Part shown: positions 24,571 through 36,252 of the stretch, one piece after another
Layout of the letters: each line of letters begins with the position of its first letter
Position numbering within the stretch: the first letter of the stretch is position 1
From: Mobula hypostoma
Lineage: Eukaryota
NCBI RefSeq assembly: GCF_963921235.1
Contig: NC_086097.1
Span: 3,596,001 to 3,660,000 of the forward strand
Direction: 5' to 3'
Length of the DNA: 64,000 nt
The notes under the pieces: model-generated
What the model saw: the letters and a program-made list of their open reading frames with translations, nothing else
What the model was told of the DNA's origin: nothing
Database searches by the model: none
Made by a program: the position numbers and the translations under genes

Positions 24571-24768
24571 CCTTAAATCCTTAAAAATTTCTCTACCCTC
24601 TGAGACCAATGTTGAAAAGAAATAAGATTAAAACTATTTTGATTTATGTTTTGTTGAAAGGATTAATGAAAGTTACTGCTGATGCTAGAGCAGTGGCTCC
24701 CTCTGCTGGTCAAAATTAAACCATGCTGGAATCCTTCTATTTTTGACACAGAACTAATCAGAAACCTG

Positions 24769-25252
24769 TACAGATGAAGCCACACTCAGGTTGGAGGAAC
24801 AACACCTTATATTCCGTCTGGGTAGCCTCCAACCTGATGGCATGAACATCGACTTCTCTAACTTCCGCTAATGTCCCACCTCCCTCTCGTACCCCATCCG
24901 TTATTTATTTTTATACACACATTCTTTCTCTCTCTCTCCTTTTTCTCCCTCTGTCCCTCTGACTATACCCCTTGCCCATCCTCTGGGCTTTTCCCCCCCT
25001 CCCCCTTTTCCTTCTCCCTGGGCCTCCTGTCCCATGATCCTCTCATATCCCTTTTGCCAATCACCTGTCCAGCTCTTGGCTCCATCCCTCCCCCTCCTGT
25101 CTTCTCCCATCATTTTGGATCTCCCCCTCCCCCTCCCACTTTCAAATCTCTTACTAGCTCTTCCTTCAGTTAGTCCTGACGAAGGGTCTCGGCCTGTACC
25201 TCTTCCTAGAGATGCTGCCTGGCCTGCTGCGTTCACCAGCAACTTTGATGTG
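24769..25252 (+). mobile_element. 5'-truncated Penelope-like element
   Basis: DEATLRLEEQHLIFRLGSLQPDGMNIDFSNFR*, a polypyrimidine UTR and a hammerhead module lacking the GAAAC box. The 14-bp TSD is TAATCAGAAACCTG (24755-24768 and 25253-25266). Confidence 0.9.
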
Positions 25253-25879
25253 TAATCAGAAACCTGGTTTTTTGTCACTGACATTAGTCATGAAATGTGT
25301 TATTTGATGGCAGCAATACAAATTACTATAAATTACAATTAAATAGAACAAAAGCAGAATAGTGAGATCGTGTACATTTGCTTATTGTCTGTTCAGAGAT
25401 CTGATGGTGGACGGGAAGGAGCTGTTCCTAAAACTTTGAGTGTGTGTCTTTGGGCTCTTGTACCTCCTTCTTGATGGTAGTAATAAGAAGAAGGCTTCAA
25501 ATCTTGAAGAATGTTGCTTCCATAAGATTCTGTAGCGGATAATGGTTTGGTTGGCACTGCATCGCATTCTCTGCAAATCATTTAAAATTCAAGGCTTTCC
25601 AACCTGGGGTCCAGGGAACCCTTGCTTAATTGCATTGGCTTATGGCGTAAAAAAGTAGGGAAACCCTGATTTAAATAGTTCTTATTTTGTTTATTGACAT
25701 GGCTTGTAAACTTAATAGGAACTTTCTCCTTGTTCTGCTGCAGGAAAAATGGTGAAGGCAGTTTGTAATGAGTTCTATGTTTTTGTTCATCTAGTGAAGG
25801 ACAGTTTATGACTAAATATTTGGAAGTGATAGTGTCCCCACAACATTGCTGTTTTGGTACTTGTTGCTGTGTACAGTAA

Positions 25880-26245
25880 GGAGGTGAGGTGGAGATATGT
25901 CTCTACCACAGGAGGTGTAAGACACTCCCTTCCTCTGCTAACCTGCAGGTCACCCTTGCGCAAGGTGTAGCACCTACTTAGCCCCCGATCAGGGTCACGT
26001 GAAGCCACGGGAGCAGGCGGTGGATGGTCGTATGAGCAGCTGGTGCATATCACAAGTCCTGGTTATGCGACCACTGACGCCAGGCAGACAATCACTGAAG
26101 AGTATTGATAATGGCTAGGGTCACCCATCTTGTAAAAACACTGCCCAGAAGAAGGCAATGGCAAACCACTTCTGCAGAAAAATTTGCCAAGAGCACTCAT
26201 GGTCATGGAAAGACCATGATTGTTCATGTCATATGACATTCACAT
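25880..26245 (+). mobile_element. Non-autonomous retroposon with RTE-like 3' motif (second copy at about 35232-35550)
   Basis: Two dispersed copies are clearly homologous. AGAAGGCAATGGCAAACCACTTC...TTGCCAAGA resembles RTE/BovB-associated SINE tails (from recall). Confidence 0.6.
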
Positions 26246-29200
26246 AGAGTCATAGAAAAGTACAGCACAGAAACAGGCCCTTTGGCCAATCTAGTCCATG
26301 CTGCAACCATTTAGGTTGTCTACTCCCTCCGACCTGCACTGGGACCATAGCCCTCCATAACCCTACTCTCTATGTACCTATGCAAATTTCACTTAAATGT
26401 TGAAATCGAGCTCACATGCACCACTTGTGCAGGCAGCTCATTCCACACTCTCACAACCCTCCGAATGAAGAAATTTCCCCTCATGATCCTCTTAAACTTC
26501 TCACCTTTCACCCTTAACCCATGACCTCTGGTTGTAGTGCCACCCAACCTCAGTGGAAAAAGCCTGCTTGCAATTTCTATACCCCTCATAATTTTGTACA
26601 CCTCTATAAAATTTCCTTTCCGTCTTTTATGTTCCAAGGAATAAAGTTCTAACCTATTCAATCTTTCTTTGAAACTCAGGTTCTCTAGACCCAGCAACAT
26701 CTTTGTAGATTTTGATCTGTACTCCTTCAACCTTGTTTGCATCTCAACCTGTAGGTAGGTGACCAAAACTGCACACAACTCTCTAAGTTCTGATCTTCCA
26801 GGGGACCAATCTTCTCCCTGCTATCCTTTTGCTCTTAATATATCTGTAGAATCCCTTAGGATTCTCCTTCATCCTGTCTGCCAGAGCAACTTCATGCCTT
26901 CTTTTAGCATTCCTGATTTCTTTCTTTAAGTGTTTCTTGCATTTCTTATACTCCATAAGCTCATCATTTGTTCCTACCTGCTTATACCTGCTATACACCT
27001 CCTTTTTTCTCTTAACCAGGGCCTCAATATCTCTTGAAATCAAAGTTCCCTTCACTTGCTATCTTTACCTGTTATTCTGACAAGTACATACAAGCATTGT
27101 ACTCTCAAAATTTCACTTTGAAGGTCTCCCGCTTGCCAAGTACACCTTTGCCAGAAAACAACCTGTCCTAATCCACATTTGCCAGATCTGGAATCTGTTT
27201 GTTATGTTCAGCGCATGAGGAACTGAAAAATAAGCTCACTCTAAGATGTGGGTGAGGACTGATTGTTATTGTTTATTTTTGTATTTCATAGTGTATTTGT
27301 GAAGAGGTGTTTCTCCAGTGTTTAGTGAGTAATGGGTAGTTATCTCGCTATTCCGGGCCATGTGTTGGCTCTTGGATATAGCTTTGACTCTAGGTTAGGG
27401 GTATGGAAGTACTACTCCTGGTGTGTTTTTATTTTTGGGAGGGTTTTTTGTGTTTCTCAATGGGTTGTTACAGCACATCTATTTGTTCGAGTTACGGTTT
27501 GTGTTATGCCATGACCACACAGCATATATTTTCTGTTAAGCAGCAGATATGACATCTAATTCGCATATGCACAGCATTGGTGAGACTAAACTTGTCAGCT
27601 GGAATGTACGGGGGATGAATAGTCCACTGAAGAGAGGGAAGGTGTATGCACATCTTCGTACACTCAAAGCTGATATTTGTTTTCTCCAAGAAACGCACAT
27701 TAAGAAAACAGCAGCAGAAGTGCTTTGTCCCTCCTGGGCATCTCAAGTCTACCAGTCGAAGTTTAGTACTAAAACTAGAGGTGTTGCAATCCTAATTTTA
27801 AAAAAACATACCGTTTATTCACACTCAAACTATCGCTGACCTGAGGGGCAGATATGTAATAGTAAGTGGAATATTAAATTCTATAACATTGACACTAGTG
27901 AATGTGCATGGACCCAACTTTGATGATCCAATTTTTTTTCAGAACCTCTTTAAGGCCATGCCTAATCTGTCTGACTCTAACATAATTGTAGGTGGAGACT
28001 TTAATTGCATCTTAAACTCCCCCCTAGATAGACAACGTCCCCAAGTTTGTTCACTTAACAATAGTGTAACACTTAATAATCTCATGCAATCGTATAACAT
28101 AGTGGATATTTGGAGACTTCTTAATCCCACGAAGAAGGATTTTTCATATTTCTCCGCAGTACATAAATTCTATTCTAGGATTGATTATTTTCTGTTCGAT
28201 TCGAAATTGGTCTCGTCAGTTGTCGGTTGCACTTACCATAATATACTTATATCAGATCATACTCCTGTGTCCATTCTACTCAAATTGAACCGGAAAAGAG
28301 GTGAATATAGTTGGCGTTTAAATAATGCTTTGCTGAAGGATGAGGATTTTTGCTCTTATCGTTCAGGTAAGATAGATCTATACTTAAGCACCAATGATAT
28401 GGGTGGTGTTGATGATTCCACTCTTTGGGAGGCCATGACGGCGGTTATTAGAGGTTGCATAATAGCATGTGAGACAGCGGAAAAAAGAAGATTCAAGAAA
28501 AGGTTAATTGAAATAGATGATCAGTTGGCAAATCTGGAAGCTTCGTACAAAATAAACCAGGAAGCAGAATTACTAAATAAGATTACTGCCTTACGGTATG
28601 AGTATAATTCTTTGTTGTCCAAGAGCGTCTCAAAACTACTGACACAAGTCAGACCAGACAGAGGTATTTTGAGCTTGGTAAAAAGCCCCATAGGTTATTG
28701 ACCCGTCAGTTGAGACAGATGCAGGCCTCCAGGGCCATACATCGTATAAAGGCAAAAGATGGCTTATTATGGACGGACCCGGAAAAAATTAGTAAGTGTT
28801 TTGCGGAGTTCTATGCTAAAGTTTACCAATCACAAGGCGGTCCAGAGGTTGAAGCTATGGATGTATTTTTTGATAATCTAAATCTGCCCACACTGTCAAC
28901 AGATTCAGTAAATACACGATGCTGATATAAGCCTAGATGAGATCAAGAAGGTCATCTCTTCCCTTCACAATAAAAGGCAGTGCGTCCTGATGGTTTTAGC
29001 ATGGAATTCTTCAAAGTATTTGGTCCAGAATTGTCACCTCTGCTCTTACGAATGTTGAATCACTCTAGGACAGCTTCCAGATTGCCACCCACTTTATGTA
29101 AAGCCAAAGTTTCTCTGATTCCAAAGCCAGGCCGTGATCCCGAGGTGGTTTCATCATATCGCCCCACTGAAACCAAAATTCTTGGGAAAGTCCTGGCCAA

Positions 29201-32185
29201 TAGGTTAAAAGAATGCATTTGTTCTATTATTCATCCAGATCAAACTGGCTTTATGCCAGGTAGACATATACATTTTAATTTGCGTCGTCTTTTCAATATT
29301 TTATATACAAAACATGCAGGAGAAGCTGTAGTCATTTCATTAGATGCGCAACATGCGTTTGACCAAGTGGAATGGCCATATATGATGTTTGCACTTAAGA
29401 AATTTGGATTTGGAGCATCTTTCATTAAATGGATTGCGATAATTTATTCTCACCCATCTGCTTCTATTATCATTAATCAGAATATTTCCTCCCCTTTTGC
29501 AATTCATCATGGGATTCGTCAAGGCTGCCCCCTTCTCCGTTTTTGTTTGCAGTTATCATTGAGCCACTGGCTGTTAGCATCAGATAGGACCCTTTGATAT
29601 CTCCCATTGATATGCATGGACATAAACATCACCTTTCGTTATATACTGACAATGTCCTTTTACATATCTCCAGCCCACAAACATCAATACCTGCCCTTCT
29701 GACTCTAATTAATAATTCTGGTAGTTTCTCAGGTTTCTCTATTAATTGGGATAAGAGTGAACTAATGCCAGTCACTGCAGTGGTTAATACAGCGTATTTA
29801 CAGTCCATTCCCTTGAAAATAACTTTTCCTATCTTGGTGTGACTATTACAAAAAACCCAGATGACCTTTTGCAGGTGAATTGGTGAAACAAAGTTGAGCA
29901 GGTTAAACGCAATATTGACTTTTGGAAAACCCTTCCAATTTCTTTGGTGGGGAGGGTCAACGCAATCAAGGTGATTGTACTGCCACGATTTCTTCATTGT
30001 TTCCAGTCAATTCCATGTTTTATTCCTCTGTCATATTTTAAGCAATTGGATTCAATTATTATACCCTTCATTTGGAATTATAAAGCCATTAGAATTACTA
30101 AAAAACACTTGTCAAAGCCTAAGGAAGCAGGTGGTTTTGCCCTACCGGACGTTAAAATGTATTACTGGGCTGCCCACCTATCCATTCTTGCATGGTGGAA
30201 AAAAGGCCCACCCTCTACCTCAGACTCGTGCCCAGCATGGTTACTCATAGAGCGAATGCTTTGTAAGAAGGCTTCCTTACCAGCTCTCCTTAATAGCCCC
30301 ACTGCAGTTAATAAGTCACATTTTAGTAACAGCTTCGTGGTTGGCAGCACTATAAGAATTTGGAAGCAGATTCAACTACACATTAAGGCCCCAAAAATTT
30401 ATATTAACACTCCGATTTGTGACAATCATTCCTTTTTGCCTGGCCTGAATGATACTGTTTTTTCTACCTGGAAACAGAGAGGCATCTGTAGTGTAAGTGA
30501 CCTATATATTAACAGAAACTTTGCCTCATTTGTGCAATTACAAGCAGTGTACAATACCCTGCATCTAGTTTTTTTAGATATTTACAAATTCGAGATTATG
30601 TTAGGAAATATATACCTAACTTCGAAGTTGTAGACAAACACGAGTCCCTGGAGGCAATAAATAAATTTGATCCTGTTACTCGTAGTGCAGTATCCTATTT
30701 TTATCAGATCCTACAGAATGGAGCTCGGGTGAATACTGCAGGTCTTAAACAGGCATGGGTGGATGAATTGGGTATAGAACTGACAGAGGAGGTCTGGGAT
30801 GAGTGTTTAAAGAGTATACATGATTATTCGGTTAACGTCAGACACAGACTTACACAGTTTAAAACAATACATAGACTTCATTATTCCAAAGAAAAGTTGC
30901 ACGGTTTCTACTCTGATGTTTTGCCAGTTCGTAATAGATGTAAATCTGTGAACAGTAACTTGTCACATTCATTCTGGTCATGTTGTAAGCTTTATGCATA
31001 CTGGAAAAGTATTTTTCACTGTTTCTCTGAGGCTTCTGGGAAGCAGTGGGAACCAGACCCGCTCATAGCCATCCTTGGAGCAACAAGCTCCCTATCTTCA
31101 GCCAATACGTACGAAAAAAAGGCTGTATTGTTTGGTATGGTGATTGCTAAGAAGTTAATCCTGCAAATGTGGAAAATGGACTCCGTGCCCAAGTACGATC
31201 TGTGGCTGAGAGAACTGGCAAATACTTTACATTTGGAGAGACTGAGACTATGTAATGAGTACAGAGGGGACATCTTTGACAGGATATAGGGCCCTATATT
31301 GGACTTTCTTATGGGGTGAGGACTGAAGTTTTTTGGTGCGGTGCACCTCTGCTGTGTATGTTTATTTTTGCCTTTATATTTTTCTCCCTTTTGCTGCTCA
31401 ATACTTAATTAGATTTTGTTAAGGTCGTGGTTTTTATAGATGCACTTTTTTTTTGTTTTTTTGTTTGTAATTTAAAAAAATAAAAAGAATATGAAAAAAC
31501 TAAGCCTTTCTCCAATTTAGAATCTCAACCCGTGGACCAGACCTATCTTTTTGCATCTTTACTTTGAAGCTAATAGCATTGTGGACACTAGATGCAAAGT
31601 GTTCTCACAGACTTCTGTCACCTGTCCTGTCTCATTCCCTAAAGCAGATCAAGTTTCACACACTGTCTCATTGGGACTCCTCTGTACTGATTAAGGAAAA
31701 TTTCCTAAGCACATTTAACAAACTCCATCCCATCTGATCCTTTTACAGTATGGTGTACCAATCAATACGTGGAAAGTTAAAAATCAACTGCTATAACAAC
31801 CTTATGTTTCTTGCAAATCTGCGATCTCTTTACAAACTTGTTCCTCTCAATCCCTCAGGCTGTTGGGTGGTCTGTAATATAGCCTCATTAACATGGTCAT
31901 ACCTTCTTATTTCTCAGTTTCACCCATAACACCTCACTAAACGAGTTGTCCAGTCTGTCCTGAATGAGCACTGCCAAGACATTTTCCCTGACTAGTAATT
32001 CCCCCATCCTCCTTTAATTCCTCCAGCCCTGTCATGCCTAAGACAACGGAACCCCGGATACTGAGATGCCAGTCCTGTCCCTCCTGCAATCGAGCCTCAC
32101 TAATGGCTACAATATCATAATTTCAGATGTTGATCAATGCCCTGAGCTCATCTGCCTTTCCTACGATACTTCCTGCTTTGAAATG
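26246..32185 (-). mobile_element. Internally deleted CR1 LINE in two pieces (26246-27190 and 31503-32185) flanking an L1
   Basis: 3' end with TTRGHGL and tail, and ALADRMKENPKGFYRYIK; APE-region sequence resumes at 31503. Confidence 0.82.
27191..31500 (+). mobile_element. L1-clade LINE: inter-ORF region, near-complete ORF2 pseudogene (27549-31289) and 3' tail
   Basis: APE (SWNVRGMN, FLQETH, GGDFN, YSRIDYF, SDHTPV), RT (PDGF, DQTGF, SLDAQHAFDQVEW, GIRQGCPL, LYTDN), GGFALPD and a C-terminal RC...HSFWSC. Several frameshifts; T-rich then A-rich tail at 31445-31500. Confidence 0.93.
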
Positions 32186-32324
32186 ATGGTGATGGAAATG
32201 AGCCTGAAGGTGCTGTGAGGGTGGTTAGTTAGGATACAGCAGAGAGGCCTGTAGCACTGTGAGCTGGGTGGGCTCGAGAGGAGGGTGAGTGAAAGCTACA
32301 AGGGACGAGGGGACAATTGAATCC

Positions 32325-33010
32325 ATCACTAAGGACCCTCCCTATTCAGGAGATGGCCTCTTCTCATTGATCCCATCAACATGGAGGCACAGGAGCCTGA
32401 AGACACATACTTAGTGATTAAGAAACAACATATTTCTCTCTGCCATCAGATTTATGACTTCTTCATGAACCCGTTAACACTATCTTTCCGTTTTAATGTA
32501 CTTTATAAAATACATTAAAAATGCATGACGAGTTTCATGTCAGGTAAGACAGTGACAATAAACCTGATGCAGATTCTGAAGGACAGTCTGGGATTTCTCC
32601 ATCTCAGATTCTCAATATCTGCTAGGGCACTGTGTGGGGCAGGGTTCCAAATCAGAAAACCAGAGTCAGGTTGAATATCACGGGCACATGCTATGAATTT
32701 ACTGTTTTGTGGCAATGGGGTATTCATTGGTTCATTGCCCATTCAGGGCAATATGTGTCTTTGGGCTCCTGTACTTCCTTCTTGATGGTAGCAATGAGAA
32801 GAGGGCATGTCCTGGGTGATGGGGGTCCTTAATGATGAATGCTGCCTTTTTGAGGCATCGTCTTTTGATGGTGTCCTCAATGCTGGGGAGGGTAGGGCTC
32901 ATGATGGAGCTGGCTGAGTTGACAACTTTGTGCGGCATTTTCTGATCCCCTGCAGTGGCTCCTTCATACCAGATGGTGATGCAGCCAGTTAGAAGACTGT
33001 CTGTGGTACA
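32325..33010. mobile_element. Two Rex1-like 3' remnants in opposite orientation (32325-32580 +, 32655-33010 -)
   Basis: SIIKDP.HPGHALFSLLPSRRKYRS motifs with GATTCT-type tails. Confidence 0.65.
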
Positions 33011-33297
33011 TCCGTCGACATTCCCAATGAAGCAGCTTTTAGATCTGTTGTTGGCATCTGCTTCTCTGTGAATGCCTACAGACAGGAAAATGAAAACGCC
33101 AGAGCTGGCGTCCAATTAAACATTGCATGGGAAGGGATACATCATGATATTGAACATGGCCATACATGTCTGTAGTCATCCCTACTTCGGTACAAAACCC
33201 ATGCGGAAGATCCAGCATGTAAATTGTATAATTTCTTCAACTCGTTATGTGGTTTGAGGAGATCTGATACCTCACCAAAGTCTTCAGCAAATTCCTA

Positions 33298-33430
33298 CAC
33301 ATAAAAGATTCTACAGACACCGGAAATCCAGAGTAACACATGCAAAGTGCTGGAGGAACTCAGCAGGTCAGGCAGCATCTATGGAAAGCAATGAACAGTT
33401 GACGTTTTGGGCTAAGACACTTCGTCAGGA
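33298..33430 (-). mobile_element. Short Penelope-like 3' module
   Basis: The reverse complement is tcCTGACGAagtgtcttagcccAAAACgtcaactg...gatgctgcctgacctgctgagttcctcc. Confidence 0.8.
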
Positions 33431-33464
33431 TCTACATTGTTCAGGACTATGAAGAAGAGTTTTG

Positions 33465-33812
33465 GCCCACTCCCATCAGAGAGGAGGCTATGTAGCATCC
33501 ATACCAGGACCACCCGACTCAAAAACAGTTACTTTCCCCAAGCAGTAAGGCTGATCAACACCTCCACCCACTAACCCACCCACCACACCCAAACCACCAT
33601 TACGTTATCATTTCCTGTCAGAGTCACCTTATGTACGGACACTCCTGTGCCAAGTGTCACTTCATGGACATACAATCAATCTATGGATATAAGCTGCTAT
33701 ATTTCTCTATGTTATTGTGTTTTTGTGCTGTATCAGATCCAGAGTAACTTATTTCATCCTTCTTTACATTTGTGTACTGCAAATGACATTAAACAATCTT
33801 GAATCTTGAAGT
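33465..33812 (+). mobile_element. Rex1-like 3' end with (AATCTTG)n tail (related copy at about 54620-55005, minus)
   Basis: LPSERRLCSIHTRTTRLKNSYFPQAVRLIN, with a UTR shared with the 54.6-55.0 kb copy. Confidence 0.75.
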
Positions 33813-34076
33813 TGACTTTATCCAACACATTATTGAAAAACCCTACTCACAATGCAGTAAAATATATTTGCTAAAGAGCTCTCCCTTCATAATTGTGTAT
33901 ACCTCCATCAAATCGCCCCTCATCTTCTCCTGCCATTGCTATCGCCAGGGAGGAGGTACAGGAGCCTGAAGACACACACTCAGTGTTAGGAACAGCTTTT
34001 TGCCCTCTGACATCAGATTTCTGATCGGTCCATGAACTCACGAAACTATCTCTTTTGCACTATTAATGCAATTTAG

Positions 34077-34584
34077 CAGACATCCCACCTCTCCTGGAAG
34101 TTCCGGGAGTCTCCCACATATGAATAGTGGCTCCCTGATGCCCGCAAGTTATATACAATATCACGGAAATCAATTTTTTTGAGAGCGAGCGCGCGAAAGA
34201 GAGAGCAAGTGAGAGCACGCGAGCGAGAGTGCGCCATGGCAGAGTGTTCCCAAAAAAAAATGAAACGTACGTCACCCCAGACTACACTAAAGTGTACCGC
34301 TGCCTAATAGGGGTCAAAAATAATGACAGTGTTGCTCGCTGCACTGTTTGCAACAGTGACTTTTCTATTGCCCATGGTGGGTTAAGACTGTAAAAGTCAA
34401 GTTGAGGTGAGTTTAACAGGTGTCATTCATTCATTAGCATAGCTAACGTTATTTAAACTAGCTGGCTGCCTGCTAAGGAGCTACTCTATTGCAGACATCC
34501 CACCTCTCCAGGAAGTTCCAGGAGTCTCCCGCAAATTGAAGGTTCTACCTCCCTGAAATGGGTTTTTGCAGGGTGGGATGTCTG
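34077..34584 (+). mobile_element. Non-autonomous hAT-like DNA transposon
   Basis: 13-bp TIRs CAGACATCCCACC / GGTGGGATGTCTG, an internal direct copy of the 5' end at 34492 and a zinc-finger remnant NDSVARCTVCNSDFSIAHGG. No clear 8-bp TSD. Confidence 0.7.
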
Positions 34585-36252
34585 ACTTACTAATTTTTGT
34601 CTTGCACTCCAGAACTGCCAAAAACAACAAATATGTTGGTGAAAATGAAGCTGGACCTGATTCTGAAATTTAAATAAATTCCATTTTTCATTGACATTGG
34701 ACTGTGATGTCTGCAACAACCTTGCACTGCACGCTGCAATTTATCATGCATCGTTTTCTTGAACACCTCAGTCTTGCATTTATTGCTCCAGTTCCAACTC
34801 AGAAATTCCTCTTTGTTGCAATGGGTTTTGAAGCATCCTTCTCTAGTTGACAGATGCTGAAACAAAAAAACTACGTATTGATAATTGTCTCTAAGCGCAC
34901 TTACTCAGATGAATGTGAGAAAAGGAAAGGTCATACTGTGTTTGAAGGATTGTTAAAAGGTTGTCAAGTTATTGTGGTAACACTGTGGGAGATTAACAGC
35001 GGATGTGATTGTACCACATGGTGAGATCTGACCAGAAATTACTCAACGTAGATGTAAAATGTTTTTAAACATTATTTGGCAAGCAATGACATTCTTCACC
35101 TTAATGGGCACAAAATCCTCTGACAGATGAAGTTATCAATAATAAAACTGCTAACACTAACGACTATAAATAGGCAATAGTAAAGACTATAATAGTAATG
35201 ATATTTATTGCTTATTTATTTATTAATTGGGTGGCAGGGTGGAGATGGGTCTCTGCCTAAGGAGCTGCTAGTCTGCAAGTCACCTTTGGGCAGGGTGTGA
35301 CACCTACTTAGCCCCCGCTCAGGGTCACGTGAAGCCATGGGAGCAGGTAGTGGATGGTCGTACGAGCAGCTGGTGCACATCACAAGTCATGGTTATACAA
35401 CCACTGACGCCAGGCAGAAAATCTCTGAAGAGTATTGATAATGGTTGAGGTCACCTGTCTTGTAAAGACACTACCCAGAAAAAAGCGATGGCAAACCACT
35501 TCCGTAGAAAGATTTGCCCACATCATACGACATGGCACATAACGAACGAACAGAATTTTTTTCTTTTGGAATTTGTACAGTTTTTTGTCTTTTGCAGATT
35601 GGTTGTTTGTCTGTCTTATTGTGTGTGGTTTTTCATTGACTCTGTAGTGTTACTTTATAGTTACTGCAAATGCCCGCAAGACAATGAATCTATGGTGACA
35701 TATATGTACTTTGATAATAAAGTTACTTTGAACTTTTGAACTTTAATCTTGATGTAAGATTGGCACATTCCTGCTTACCTAAGCTTTGAAAGTCAGCACA
35801 GAAGCATTCTTGTCTGTGAGAAAACCAGCCAACATCCCTGTGAACTGACTGCCCCAATTTTCTGCCTCATCTCAGTTAAATAATTACTCATAGCTGACAA
35901 AGCAGATTTGGTCCTTGTGCAAGGACCCACCATAATGGAGGTAGTGGAAGTCTGGCCAGCAGATCCAAATTAATTGGGTTTTAAAAGGAAAGTCGTTACA
36001 AAGCAGTCAAATATTTGTTTAACCTTTCTCAAGCTTTGAAATTAATTTCAAATGTTTGGAGAGAGAGGGGGGTTGAGAGAGATGAAGTTAAATGAAACCA
36101 TTGGTGATGTAGTGCTGTGCGGAGAAGTGCTTTCGAGTCTGAGAAAGATAAAGAGTGGAAACAGGCCCTTCAGCCCTTTGAGTACATTCCAGCATCAAGC
36201 TCAGACAAACCACTGGCAATACATGGCAACATTTTGTGTGAAGCTTTCAAAT

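Noticed and set aside
25720..25770. Possible host micro-exon after a strong acceptor (ctttctccttgttctgctgcag)
   Set aside because: There is no convincing donor and no recognisable peptide. Similar isolated acceptors at 9968 and 10490 are also unsupported without RNA data.
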